From Sphaeroforma arctica JP610 (Eukaryota), in assembly GCF_001186125.1 (NCBI RefSeq), contig NW_014040195.1, positions 12,286 through 61,674 on the forward strand: DNA of 49,389 bases, read 5' to 3'. The position numbers and the translations under genes were made by a program. Below are positions 12,476-23,269 of this stretch, in pieces; position 1 is the first letter of the stretch, and each line of letters begins with the position of its first letter. The notes below the pieces were generated by a model. It was not told where the DNA came from and ran no database searches. It worked only from the letters and a program-made list of their open reading frames with translations.

Positions 12476-12936
12476 CTTTAACACTTCGATGCTATTCTAT
12501 TTCAACTTCTCTGCAACTAAATCTCACGCTGATCTCATAATGCCTTTCCGCATAGGTTGTGACTCACATAGAACCGCAGCTATTATAGAGTGTTGCGGAT
12601 GACAGGCTTAATCAACTCTCGGAATCGGTTGAGAAACTTATCTGCTCTCGGGAATCGGTTACGTAATAACTCAGCTCTTGTGAGTAATTTAAGCAACTTG
12701 ATTAGCTCTCGGGAGTGAGCTAACTCTGAAGACTTAGCTCGCGGGAGTGGGCTAACTCTGATGACTTCCATAAATCAAAGATGGTATCTTGCTGTAAAAT
12801 CTGGCATGAGACCTGTAGTCTCTCAGTGGATAACCCCATTTTTCGTAAGTTGGTGTTCCTGACATCTATGCACCCTGGATATGTTTCATACCTTAGGTAT
12901 AAAACCAAAGGTGAGGAAAGAAATAAATACATACAT
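12350..12936. repeat. Inverted repeat pair (12350-12396 / 12890-12936) with a 21-bp perfect core
   Basis: cctcacctttggttttatacc (12370-12390) is the exact reverse complement of ggtataaaaccaaaggtgagg (12896-12916); imperfect similarity extends on both sides. Confidence 0.9.
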
Positions 12937-13104
12937 TACATTTACCCAATTGGGATGACAATCGTCGGAAACCAGTTAAGACTGGGTATGTTATCCAGAC
13001 GCATGAATCACCCAAGATTATAATACCAACCACTATCCGAGGAACAACGCACCGAAAGGCCTCGACCATGGACTTTACAAGGGGTAATAAACACCCCCGT
13101 AAAC

Positions 13105-14322
13105 GTGTTCACGAAGTCGAATTTAATCGCTTCGATCGCACAGCACTACATCAACCCGCAGAGGATTTTCACTCTGACGAGGAGACCGAACTTAACAAAT
13201 CGGTCGACGATTAAAATGGAAATCGCCCACGATGTGCATCATGCTGAGGATGTATCATATTTTGCTAATATGATTGCGATTAAGCAAAAGCGCATCGATC
13301 AGCTACTTCAGGCCCAACGTGGACAAGACCACAGGGATAACCAGAAGTACAAACGACAGAACAGTCGACTTAAGTCGAACTGGGATGCCAACAATAGGCA
13401 GGTCGAGTTTATGAACAACCATGACCTCGACACGCTAACCGGTACGCTTAACGCGTTTACGGTCATGCTGCAGACGAATGATATCGCTCCCCAGCAATGG
13501 ATCTCTGCTTTAATGCAAACGTCTGACCCTACAGGTACAAGTTATTTGATCCTGCAGCGACACCAACATGAGCTAGACACTTGTCGTGACTGGCCAGCTG
13601 TGTGTTGGTTGGTTACATCCTTGTTAAGTAAGGACATGCGTAGCCCAGGACTCAGTTCAATTTTATCTGAACCAGTTGAAAACACGCCCATTCAGAGTTA
13701 TATTCTGAAGCTAGATGCTGACCTGAAACGTCCAGATATAACAAAGGACAAGGCACAGCGATGGTACGAGTTCCTGGTTATGCACGTGTTCTGTAAGAAC
13801 ATAGGGAATATCGACCGTGAGAGCCTGTACACCGAGTTGCAACGTAAACACGCGACTGAGGCTCGAGACAAGGGACATGAAACAAAGTTTCATCTATCCC
13901 GACTTACGTGGGAACAGTTTTATGATACTGTATTCACCCTTTTCCCCGCACACCGAGTAACATCGAAGGGAAAAGTGGCTGTTAAGAAGCCGCGGGAGCA
14001 CACCGATCACGGATATGTATCCAGGCAGACCTCAAACGAGAGACCCAAACATACACGTGCTCGCGACTCCACTCTATCCACGCGACCCAATAAACGGGCA
14101 CGCGCGGAGGCGAAGGACAAGGAACCTCCATTTAAGGAGATTAAGAATTGTGCCGACGCACAGTGTGGGTATGACATATACTAATTGACCCCTGACGGTT
14201 ATTGGAATGGCAGGCATGCATCCACCTGTACACACTTTCTTATTAAGTGCGACAAGTGTGAGAAGACCAATGGCTATCACACTAAGTCTTGTGACAAAAA
14301 GCCCAACATTAAGTTGGAGTGA
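13105..14322 (+). pseudogene. Gypsy-2 gag
   Basis: ORF 13105-14184 continues in frame past a TAA into CDKCEKTNGYHTKSC (14248-14292, zinc-knuckle-like) up to TGA 14320-14322; the true start is probably somewhat upstream, behind a frameshift. Confidence 0.75.
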
Positions 14323-16160
14323 AGGTACTACCAGGTACAATCGTTACACAGACAATACAACGACTCTTTAGATGAGCGTGTAATAATCCCTGTATATTGC
14401 AATGGAAATAAAATCCTTGCGTTGATTGATCGTGGTTCAGAAATTTCATGTATATCCGATCGCTTTGCATTAATGAAAGATATCGAAAGGAGAACACAAA
14501 CAACTCACCTCATTTTAGCTAATGATAAAACTGCTAAGTGTGATACCCTGGCCACGGATGTTAAAATCTCCCTGGCCGATGATAGGAATATCACTACCCA
14601 AGCTGTGATAGTTAAGATGCCACAGAAGTACGACTTAATAGTCGGAATGAGTGACTTACTCACTCTAGGTATAACCTTAACTGGTTTACCAAATAACATA
14701 AATCCATTAAAGATCAATCAGACGATAACTGTCGGAAACCATATAAGCCCCCGTCAGATACAGTCAAGCCATTAATACCTGACTTTGCGAACAAAATCAT
14801 GGATCTGATTCTAGTTAATAAGAAGATAAAGATCACAGATTGGGCAAAATTCCGTTTTAACGACGGGTATGTCAGCCTTGACTTAACCAAGGTGGACCTT
14901 ACACAGTTAAAGTGTCCCTCAAGGAACTATGTATCCTGGAGACACGAGGCTGTGGTAAAAGAACAAGTTGAGAAATGGCTAGCAGATGGAGTGATAGAAA
15001 TTAACTATCAACAGACGCCAGTTAACTTGGCACTGCTAGCCATAGACCAACATCACTCTGACGGATCATTTAAGAAAGTCAAAGTATGTTTAGATATGAG
15101 TCCGATAAATAAATTATTGCCGACTCATAGCTTTCACTTACCTCGTATTAACGAGCTACTGCGAAGGATGGAAGGTGCTACAATATTTACAACTATAGAC
15201 CTTACACAAGGATACCATCAAATGCAGGTATATGAACCACATCGTAAATACTTTAGTTTTACGTGGAAAGGTAAACAATACAGGTTCAGAGGTGCACCTT
15301 TCGGGTTACACTCTTTACCAGCATTCTTCCAACAAGTAATGGAGCAAATGTTTGCAGACATGCCTAACGTGCAAGTCTATATAGATGACATAGTCATCTT
15401 TTCTAAACTAAGGGCGAACACGCCGCATTAGTCAGACGAGTCCTTAAGAGACTCAATGAGCAAAACTTCAAGACTAACGAGAAGAAATGCCACTTCGCAA
15501 TGGGCGAAATACAGCTCTTAGGCTACCATATATCTGGGGAAGGTATTAAGATCGACCTCGGTAAGGTAGAACACCTGTTAGATTGGCGAACACCAACTAC
15601 AGGAAGAGATGTTAACAGCATGTGTGGGTTTGTAAACTTCTTTTCAGATGGAGTACCACACTGAGCTGACTACCTTAAACCTTTTGAACACTTAAGATGT
15701 CATAAAGGCAAACTAGGAGACTTGTGGACTAAAGAGTGTGATGACGCATTTAAAGCGCTCAAACACGCAGTCCAGCAAGCCCCTGTTGTACAAGGGCCAG
15801 TCGATGTCGTGCCGTTTGAAATAGCAGCGGACGCCTCCGACTTAGCCTTAGGAGGAGTATTATATCAGGTTATAGATAACAAACCTAGATATATACAATT
15901 CTTTAGTCGAGCAATGAATGCTTCACAGTTGAATTATCCAACTGTTAAACAAGAGCTATTAGCCATAATGGCAGCTCTAACACACTTCCGAGATTACTTA
16001 TACGGAACAGCATTTACGCTGATGTGTGATCAGAAATCTCTTCAATATATGAAAGAGATGAACCCCGACTCACAATTACTGAGTCGCTGAAATATATAAC
16101 CATTTACCGGATATGTTATCACGCTTCGTACCGGACTTTAATAAATCCGGACGTGAGTTA
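14323..16160 (+). pseudogene. Gypsy-2 pol: aspartic protease, reverse transcriptase, RNase H
   Basis: ILALIDRGSEISCIS (the D-T/S-G site reads DRG); IFTTIDLTQGYHQ, APFGL, VYIDDIVIFS; EIAADASDLALGGVL, NYPTVKQELLAI, CDQKSL, NHLPDMLSR. Frameshifts near 14780, 15420 and 16095. Confidence 0.93.
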
Positions 16161-16166
16161 CTAGCC

Positions 16167-16570
16167 ACTGACTGGAAATGTAATCCCAGGTGGTTTGAAC
16201 TGACTCAAAAGATATTTGGGCCACATACCATAGATATGTTTGCTGCACATCATAATGCACAACTATCGAATTACAGGACTTTAAATCATCCTTTGGGAGA
16301 CGCCTTTCAAATAGACCTCTCCAAACATAATGCGTGGGCTAATCCACCATGGCAGTTAATTGCCCAGCTATTAAATTATGTTCGTATACATAAAGCTACC
16401 ATCACGTTGTGTTGCCCATTACGGAGTAAAGATCCATGGCTCAATAAATTAATAAGCATAATACAATGCGAGCCAATATATTTAGATAGGAAAGTATATA
16501 TTTTCCTATATCAGGGTACCCGAGCCGTCCAGAAGACACCCTGGAGACATACTATTATATGTCGTATAGG
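16167..16570 (+). CDS. DNA N6-adenine methyltransferase domain (phage Dam / DIRS1 MT type) within Gypsy-2 pol
   Basis: TDWKCNPRWF...FGPHTIDMFAAHHNAQL...DAFQIDL...AWANPPWQLIAQLL...ATITLCCP...PW follows the DIRS-MT consensus (DW-L---F; GPH-IDLFA---N-QL; DAF; YANPPW-LI). Catalytic NPPW at 16341-16352; no stop in ORF 16113-17222. Confidence 0.88.
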
Positions 16571-17029
16571 TCCCATTGGAACAACCAAATGGACCCCTTC
16601 TGAGACCTTCCTTAACAAGGTCAAAGAATCAGAGATTCCACTCTCTACTAAATTGAACGTTGAGCAGTTTAAAGGCAACACAGCACTTGAAGTCTGTGCA
16701 CAAGAAATACAATCTACTAATGACACTACTGTTAAGAAGCGTCAGTCTCTAGCTAGGACTCTGTTTAATATCATAAAGTCCAAGCCCGAGGTCTTTCAAC
16801 CCCTATTTCTAAAGGGATTAATGAAAGACAATTCTGAAGCGTATACACATATAATGCGACTATCTATTAAGTCAGGTGTATCTAACGCACATGAGCGCAC
16901 TTATGACACTCATGCGAAAGCCGGACAGGAGTCTGGAAACACTACAGACTTAGAGACCACGCAAGTGGATTTTCAACACTCTACCTTTATTCTGGAAGAG
17001 CAGAATGATGAAAACATTCTTGCTTGGCT

Positions 17030-18441
17030 GAAGCAACATCATAAGCTGAAGCACCAGAACGTAGTAGAAGCACTTAAAGATGCTAAGCGACATGGGATCG
17101 CGCACCCTAAGCTGGCAACTTTAGTTGACAGAGTATATCAGTCATGTACAAACTGTGATCTCAATCAGATCAAGCGCTATGGTTTCGCACCGCTTAAGAG
17201 TGTGACTGAAGATGTTCCATAGCGCAGGGTCATCATTGATCTGGTTGACCTGCCCACGTCCGAGCACACAGGCGACCGATACGTATGCCACTTCTTTGAT
17301 GTGGCGTCACGGTTTAATTTGCTCTATCCATTAAAGGATAAGAATACGCAGATCGTGGCAGAAGTATGTTGCCAAGTCTTTGCTGACCACGGGTGGCCGG
17401 GTATTATGTGCACTGATAACGGTAGTGAGTTCTGCGATGACGTAATGGAATCGCTAGTACTCGTATCAGGCATATGCCATAAGAGAGGTGTGCCATATAA
17501 CCCGCAAACGAAAGGCGCGAATGAAACGCGCCATAGAAGACTTAAGTTTTTCTTGCGTACTGCATTAAGGATGATGCAGATGATTGGCCGTACCATATTA
17601 AGTGGGTACAAACACAGATGAACGAGTGTGCTGATCCGGTTACAGGAACTACACCCGGCCACTATTTTCGTAGCAGATATAGTGAGTTGCAAATTCCTTT
17701 TAACAAGGACGAACCTGATCACCATGAGTTACCATGGTTAGAGAAGGTACAACGTATTTATAACGTTGTATATCCTTGCTTGCGAGAAATACGCAATATA
17801 GCTTTATTAAAAAGGCAGAAGCGTTGGAACACTACCAAGAAGATAGCAGAGTATCAGGTTGGTGACAGAGTTAACATTCGCCAACGTAATTCCGATGCTA
17901 CTGTATTAACATCTAAATGGATAGGTCCCTATATAATCTCTGTAGCAGACATTAAAAGTGGAACGTACGAGGTAAATAACCCCGATGGTTCTAGTGCGCT
18001 TAATATAGGCACAAGTCGTATTCCGACTACAGAGATTATACTCGCAAGAAGACATGATTCTAATGCCCCTCTTGATCGTTCTGAATTTAAAGACATTATA
18101 TGGAGAACGGATAAGAGAGGCTATACATACTATCGTACACGCTTTATAGACGGTACAATAGGCGAGTTGACTTCAGATGCTTTCGATAATCAAGACTATT
18201 TAAAAGCCTTTAATCGAAAATGACGTAAAAGCCCGCATAAGTCACAAGCTGAAAAAGATTGCATGTTTCCATCGTCTGAAGGAACGGAACTTAAAACTTA
18301 TCCGCCAACAGCATTTATCCCGAGCCTTAATGCTCATCCTTCATATGTGCTTAAGACACTGAAGAGTAAGAAACGTCCAGTCGACCACCACGGACCTACG
18401 GGACTTAAGCCCAAAACTCACAGGGTAACCGAGAACACTTA
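17030..18441 (+). pseudogene. Gypsy-2 integrase (HHCC finger, DDE core, GPY/F module, chromo-like tail)
   Basis: H-x4-H...CTNC (17037-17156); IIDLVD (D at 17238), TDNGSEF, PYNPQTKGANE; YQVGDRV...KWIGPY. Stops at 17220 and 18221 and a frameshift near 17560; the frame stays open after 18223 until ~18441. Confidence 0.9.
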
Positions 18442-18573
18442 ACTTCTCCGCCTGAGAAACATTAACTATATGTTATGCTACTTAATGTTTCGACCCGTTT
18501 TTCTTTCTCGCTTTTTGACCCATAATCAGCTTGAGTGAGCAACTTGCTTCTCTTGGGTCTCAAAGCTGGGGGC

Positions 18574-19395
18574 TGTGTAATAAGCCGGGCCTCCACATTA
18601 GACTCTATGTATAAACGTACACTTAAGCAGTACGCAAATTATAAACGTACTCTTAATAGTACGAGGCACTTAAGTTTCCTAAATGTACTCTTAATAGTAC
18701 GAGGAACTTAAGTCTCTTAAATGTGCTCTTAATAGCACGAGGAACTTAAGTTTCCTAAAATGGTTTTTAATGGTTTTATTAATTATTACCTTTTCCATTT
18801 AACATATCAGATATTTGGATGAGGCCATTAAAAGGCCTCAGTAAAATACCAAACATAAAAGAGTTGGTCTTGTTCTATTAAAAGAGCTATATTTACATTC
18901 CAATTTTATCTATATCTGAATACTTCGGTAGCGAGATGGCTCAACCGAATATAGGTTTCTAGGGACTATTAACATTACCTAGTTGATCCTCCGATAAGCT
19001 AACCAGATGTGCCAGTCTGATGAAGGCTAAGTCGGTATTTCTTGATAGTGGCAAGTTATTTGTTAAGACAATAACTAAAGACGTCAAGAGTATTTAATTT
19101 TTTCTTCTTTCTAAAGATAGGATTTTATGAGTCTCTCGGATTCGCCCCAGAATAGAGCGACAACGAAACACTAAATAAAATCCCTTCGGCGGAAACAGTA
19201 CTGAGAGGATTATATATAGGCAATGTCTCAGCCTCACGATCCCTCAGAGTATTGCTGTTTTCACGAGGCAAACCTAACTTTATTAAACGTCTCATTTCGT
19301 TTATTTATATCGATATTTACACGATATTTAGAATTTACCTACGCGTTTATTTATTCTAAGGCATTAGTATCGCCTTTATTAGACCGAATCTCACA
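18574..19395 (+). repeat. Putative 3' LTR of Gypsy-2
   Basis: Starts TGTG/TGTAAT right after the purine-rich aaagctgggggc; has 38-bp internal tandem repeats (~18640-18758), a TATATATA (~19211) and ATTAAA; ends ...CTCACA where the hAT reading frame resumes. No matching 5' LTR in the window, so the end is inferred. Confidence 0.55.
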
Positions 19396-21668
19396 ATGCA
19401 AAGAATTGGTATCAAACACTCAAAACTGAAAAGAAACGTGTTGGTGACGAGGGAGTGAAGCACAAGCAGCTAAAGATACCCCTTTCTTAGAGAAGAAGAC
19501 TGACAAGGTAGTGTCACAATTCTCGCATAGAAAAACTGAGGCAGACATGCAGTGGGCTACCATGACCTGTGTAAACGATGTACCTTTTGCACTCGGTCAT
19601 AAACCGCAATTCCGTGACTGGTTTCATTTAGCGAAGCAAGTTCCGGACACCTTAAAGTCTAGATACAATCCGCCTGCACCGGCAACTGTTCGCAAGTACT
19701 TACCCATCATTAAGGCAGGTATAAGAGCTAATTCACTCCGACGTTGGCATGTGGCTTGTTTCTACTACAATGGTCCCTTTACCGCAGTAGAAAGCGATCT
19801 TTGGAAGGATGCGAATGGTACTAACTGGCTAGGTTCGCATGTTCATTTCAACGACCCAGAAACCTTTGTGATGCAATCTGTATTCATCGGATTACTAGCT
19901 GTACGAGGTGGACACTCAGGCGAAAATTTAGTAAAAATGGCAACGAGACATTTTAAATGACTGGAAGTTGTTGGATCCTGTCCCTAAAGCTTCTTTCCAG
20001 GCGGACAAGAGGTCGGATGGAAAGTTAGATCTGAAACAGATCTTTTTCAGCGGTACCCCGGATAATGCAGCGAATGTCATGAAAGCCATGAAAGACACTG
20101 CTCTCTACACACTTGGTTGTCTAGCACATAAGGTACAGCTATGCCTAAAGAACGCAGTTGGTGGTGATATCAAAACAGCAAGTGATCAGGTTAGACTGTT
20201 GTGGGGAGAAGGTCTACACAATGAAAATGAAGATCTCCAAATTGATATTCTGGAGCGGAATATAAATATGAATACGGATCTTGCTGATCTTGCATCCACA
20301 ATGGAAGCTTACGATATCACGGCGGTAGAGGCATTAATAACCAACATTGCGACGAGAGCTGTATATTTCAATAAGAGTACTGTAGCTAGTGACAAACTAG
20401 CTTTAGCCCAGCAAAAAAAAAACGGTCACGAGGTGAGGAAGGCTAGGACCAATGGATCAACACGATGGTTAGGGCTGTATCAGATGGCTAAAAGAGATGA
20501 TCTAATTGATCCTGAAGTAAACACAATTTCGGAGGATCCACTGGAAAACCGTACATCTGGGTTGTGGTATGGGAGAGATGGCAAAAATAGGAAAAAGAAG
20601 TGCGAATCGCCAATAATTGTGAAGACACTACGACGACAGTTTATTGGAGTTTTGCGGCCACTTATGGTACTACAAATTGTGATTCAAACAGATCGCAATG
20701 TTTAGCTGACGATTGATTGTTTATTCGCGATGGCTATCGACCCTGACGTTCAATCCGGCCCAGACACAGCCTCGGCGATATGCAAAGAGTCGGATCTGGA
20801 GAAACCTATTCGCAATATGCGCGTTCGTATAAGAGAATTGATGAGGGGTTGCTTTCCATCGATCCCAGAACCTCCAATGCTAGCAAACTACTACCTACAT
20901 TGCTTGCACAAGGATATGTCAAGCGTAGAACTCGAAGACGATGACCTAGACAAGGTTATGAACATTGCTAGAAAAACTGTTAAGGAATGGGCTTTACAGT
21001 TATTGCGTAACAAGCACAAGAATAAAACGAGTATAGAACAGAGCGATAATGAACCGCCTAGTACTTCGCTTACGAGCAAAACAACAACTTCAGTACAGGG
21101 CAGTTCGAAAACCAGTTCGGTATCAAAGTCATCTTTGGATTGGCTAGAGATTATGGCGGAAGACACAGAAGCAAGTCCAGCCAGTAAGCGTCGCCGACTT
21201 TTGCAAACTAAGAGAGCACAAAGGAATGTTGTGGTGGACACCTCTTCTGAGACACCTTTAGAGGAAACTATGCACCGGGGGATGGAGAACAGTGTAGATA
21301 GGGAACTAAATACATGGGAAAATCTGCCAGTTCAGCTGTCCATCACCTTAAGCGAAGGCAAGTTGATGAATCCTACTTTGCAGGCAACAGAGTACTGGTT
21401 GAAATTTCGGAACACATTGCCCATACTGTACATGGTAGCTTGTATATCCTTTTCATTCAAGCCTACATCATGGCAATCCGAGAGCGTCTTCCCATTATCC
21501 GGCAATCTCCTCGATGATAGTCGGAAAGCGTCCTTCAAAGGAAGTACATTTGAAAATATGACCTTCGTCAAGGGCAATGCCAGTCTGATGCCCCCTCTTT
21601 CTGAACTGGTAGATAGTTTGTCGGAAAGCACTCAGACGAAGGAAAATGCAGCAACAAATACTAACTAG
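19396..21668 (+). pseudogene. hAT-superfamily DNA transposase, 5'-truncated and disrupted
   Basis: ESDLWKD (first D), GTPDNAANV (second D), CLAHKVQL (CxxH), STRW, and the C-terminal dimerisation domain EYWLK...LPILY...PTSWQSESVF-LSG; frameshift near 19960, TAG at 20703; no BED finger or TIRs found. Confidence 0.9.
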
Positions 21669-21746
21669 AACAAAGCTCAATAAAAGTCAAACTACCTATA
21701 TATAATACCTTCAATATCGGATGTCCATGCGTGTATGTGTGCACGC

Positions 21747-21810
<64 letters not shown>

Positions 21811-22188
21811 ATGAGTGCGTGTGTACGTGTGTGTTCTTGTGTGTATACGTCTTACTGTCTGTGTATATACGTACGTATTTTCCTTGACGTATGAGACCAA
21901 ATATTAAGATGTGCTACCTTGCTACACTTCACGAGTACGGTGAAAGATCATGTATAATGGGATATACCAAATAGGACGAAATAACATTAATAGATGCAAA
22001 CCGACATATTGGACACTCATAAAAACACTTCTTTACAATGCATGCCAATTCCATGTTTTGTCTCCTGAGCGCATCGAGGTCACGGAGGGCGTAAACCACA
22101 CTTGTCACTTATCCTGCCAGAAGGTGCATTGTGAACTTTATATTTCACAGGCATACACATGATTGCTCACACCTATCAAGACGACTCG

Positions 22189-22990
22189 TCAGTCACAGTA
22201 TTCACACTTCTGACTTCTGACTTCACAGACCACAGACCACAGTGGCGCAGTTCGGTGAGATGAAGAGTCAAGGGACAAACGAGTAAATAATCGAATATAT
22301 AGTGACTCTTTCTCACTCACTCTCACTCTCTCCCTACTAGAGTAGAGAGTAGTAGAGAACAGTAGGTAGATTATAGAGAGAGTGAGAGACTCTGAGGCCT
22401 GAGCAAGACTGAGTGAGAGGCTGCGCCCGCTGCGGCCTGCGGCCCGCGGGCCGCGGTCACGGGCAGAGACAGAGAGAGCGAGCATGTGCATGAGTATTGA
22501 TGAGTCATGACTCATTACCACTGATGAGTCACTGATGAGTCACTGTCCACTGAGCCACTGCGTGTTGAAACTGGACTCCGTGACTCAGTGTTCTATTTTT
22601 ATTGTTCACTATTCAGCGTTGACTATTCAGTATTATTCATTGTTCAGTGCCGTCTTCAGAGTTCAGAGTTTAGAGTTCAAAGTTCAGAGTTCAGACTTCC
22701 GTGAAGTTCAGACTTCAGGCCCAGGGCTCAGGCCTGACTTCCACTCATCACTGTTCACTGTTCACTGTTCACAGTTCACTGTTGACAGTTGACAGTTGAC
22801 AGTTCACAGTTGACAGTTGACAGTTCACTGTTCACTATTTGTTCACTGTTCACAGTGTTCAGTCACACTGTCACAGACTCTCTAGAGTAATAATTAGTGT
22901 TGACTCACTTGACTGTTGAGAGTATTCTCAGTGTTCGTGTTCACTGTTCTGACTGTTCTGAACTAGTGAACTTCTCCAGTTCTCACTTTC
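22189..22990. repeat. Low-complexity region of short TCAG/CACTG/GACAG motifs with a central GC palindrome
   Basis: Runs of the 7-mers ttcactg/ttcacag/ttgacag (22750-22870); perfect palindrome gcggcccgcgggccgc at 22439-22454. Confidence 0.7.
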
Positions 22991-22999
22991 TACATATAT

Positions 23000-23210
23000 T
23001 TAGTAAGGTTTAGAGAGAGGGGGTGTGTGTGTTAGGGTTTATGGGGGTTCGTGTTTAGGGAGGATTCCGGTTTAGGAGGGTTGTGATTTAGGAGTGGATT
23101 CGGGTTTATGGGGGTTGTGATTTAGGAGTGGATTCGGGTTTAGAGGGGGGGGTGTGGTTAGGATTTAAGGGGGTAGTTAGGGTTTAGGGGGAGGGTTCAG
23201 GTTTAGGTGG
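23000..23210 (+). repeat. Degenerate telomere-like G-rich repeat (TTTAGG/TTAGGG) with ~34-bp higher-order period
   Basis: ttgtgatttaggagtggattcgggttta at 23081 and 23115; several ttaggg/tttagg units. Confidence 0.75.
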
Positions 23211-23269
23211 TCCTCAGGACCTCAGAACTCAGGTGACTCATGCAGAAGTACAGCGATGGGTGATTCGTC

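Larger units (their letters stand above)
12941..19395 (+). mobile_element. Ty3/Gypsy LTR retrotransposon 2 with an adenine methyltransferase domain (gag-PR-RT-RH-MT-INT), decayed
   Basis: Domain order: gag with Cys/His knuckles, protease (LIDRGSEIS), RT (YIDD), RNase H (ADASDLALGGVL), methyltransferase (NPPW), HHCC finger, DDE core, GPY module, then a purine-rich tract and putative 3' LTR. Several stops and frameshifts. Confidence 0.93.

Noticed and set aside
19008..19055. Possible hammerhead ribozyme in the putative LTR (CTGATGA followed by a ggc-taa-gtc hairpin, flanked by tgcca/tggca)
   Set aside because: The essential GAAA reads GGTA and no clean NUH cleavage site with a paired stem I can be built; at best a dead relic.
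12941..19395. Classifying the MT-bearing element as a DIRS retrotransposon
   Set aside because: It has an aspartic protease and an HHCC/DDE integrase, and no tyrosine recombinase is visible.
19407..19416. TGGTATCA as an initiator-Met primer-binding site
   Set aside because: It lies 3' of the element inside the hAT reading frame (N-W-Y-Q), is not adjacent to the LTR end, and matches only 8 nt.
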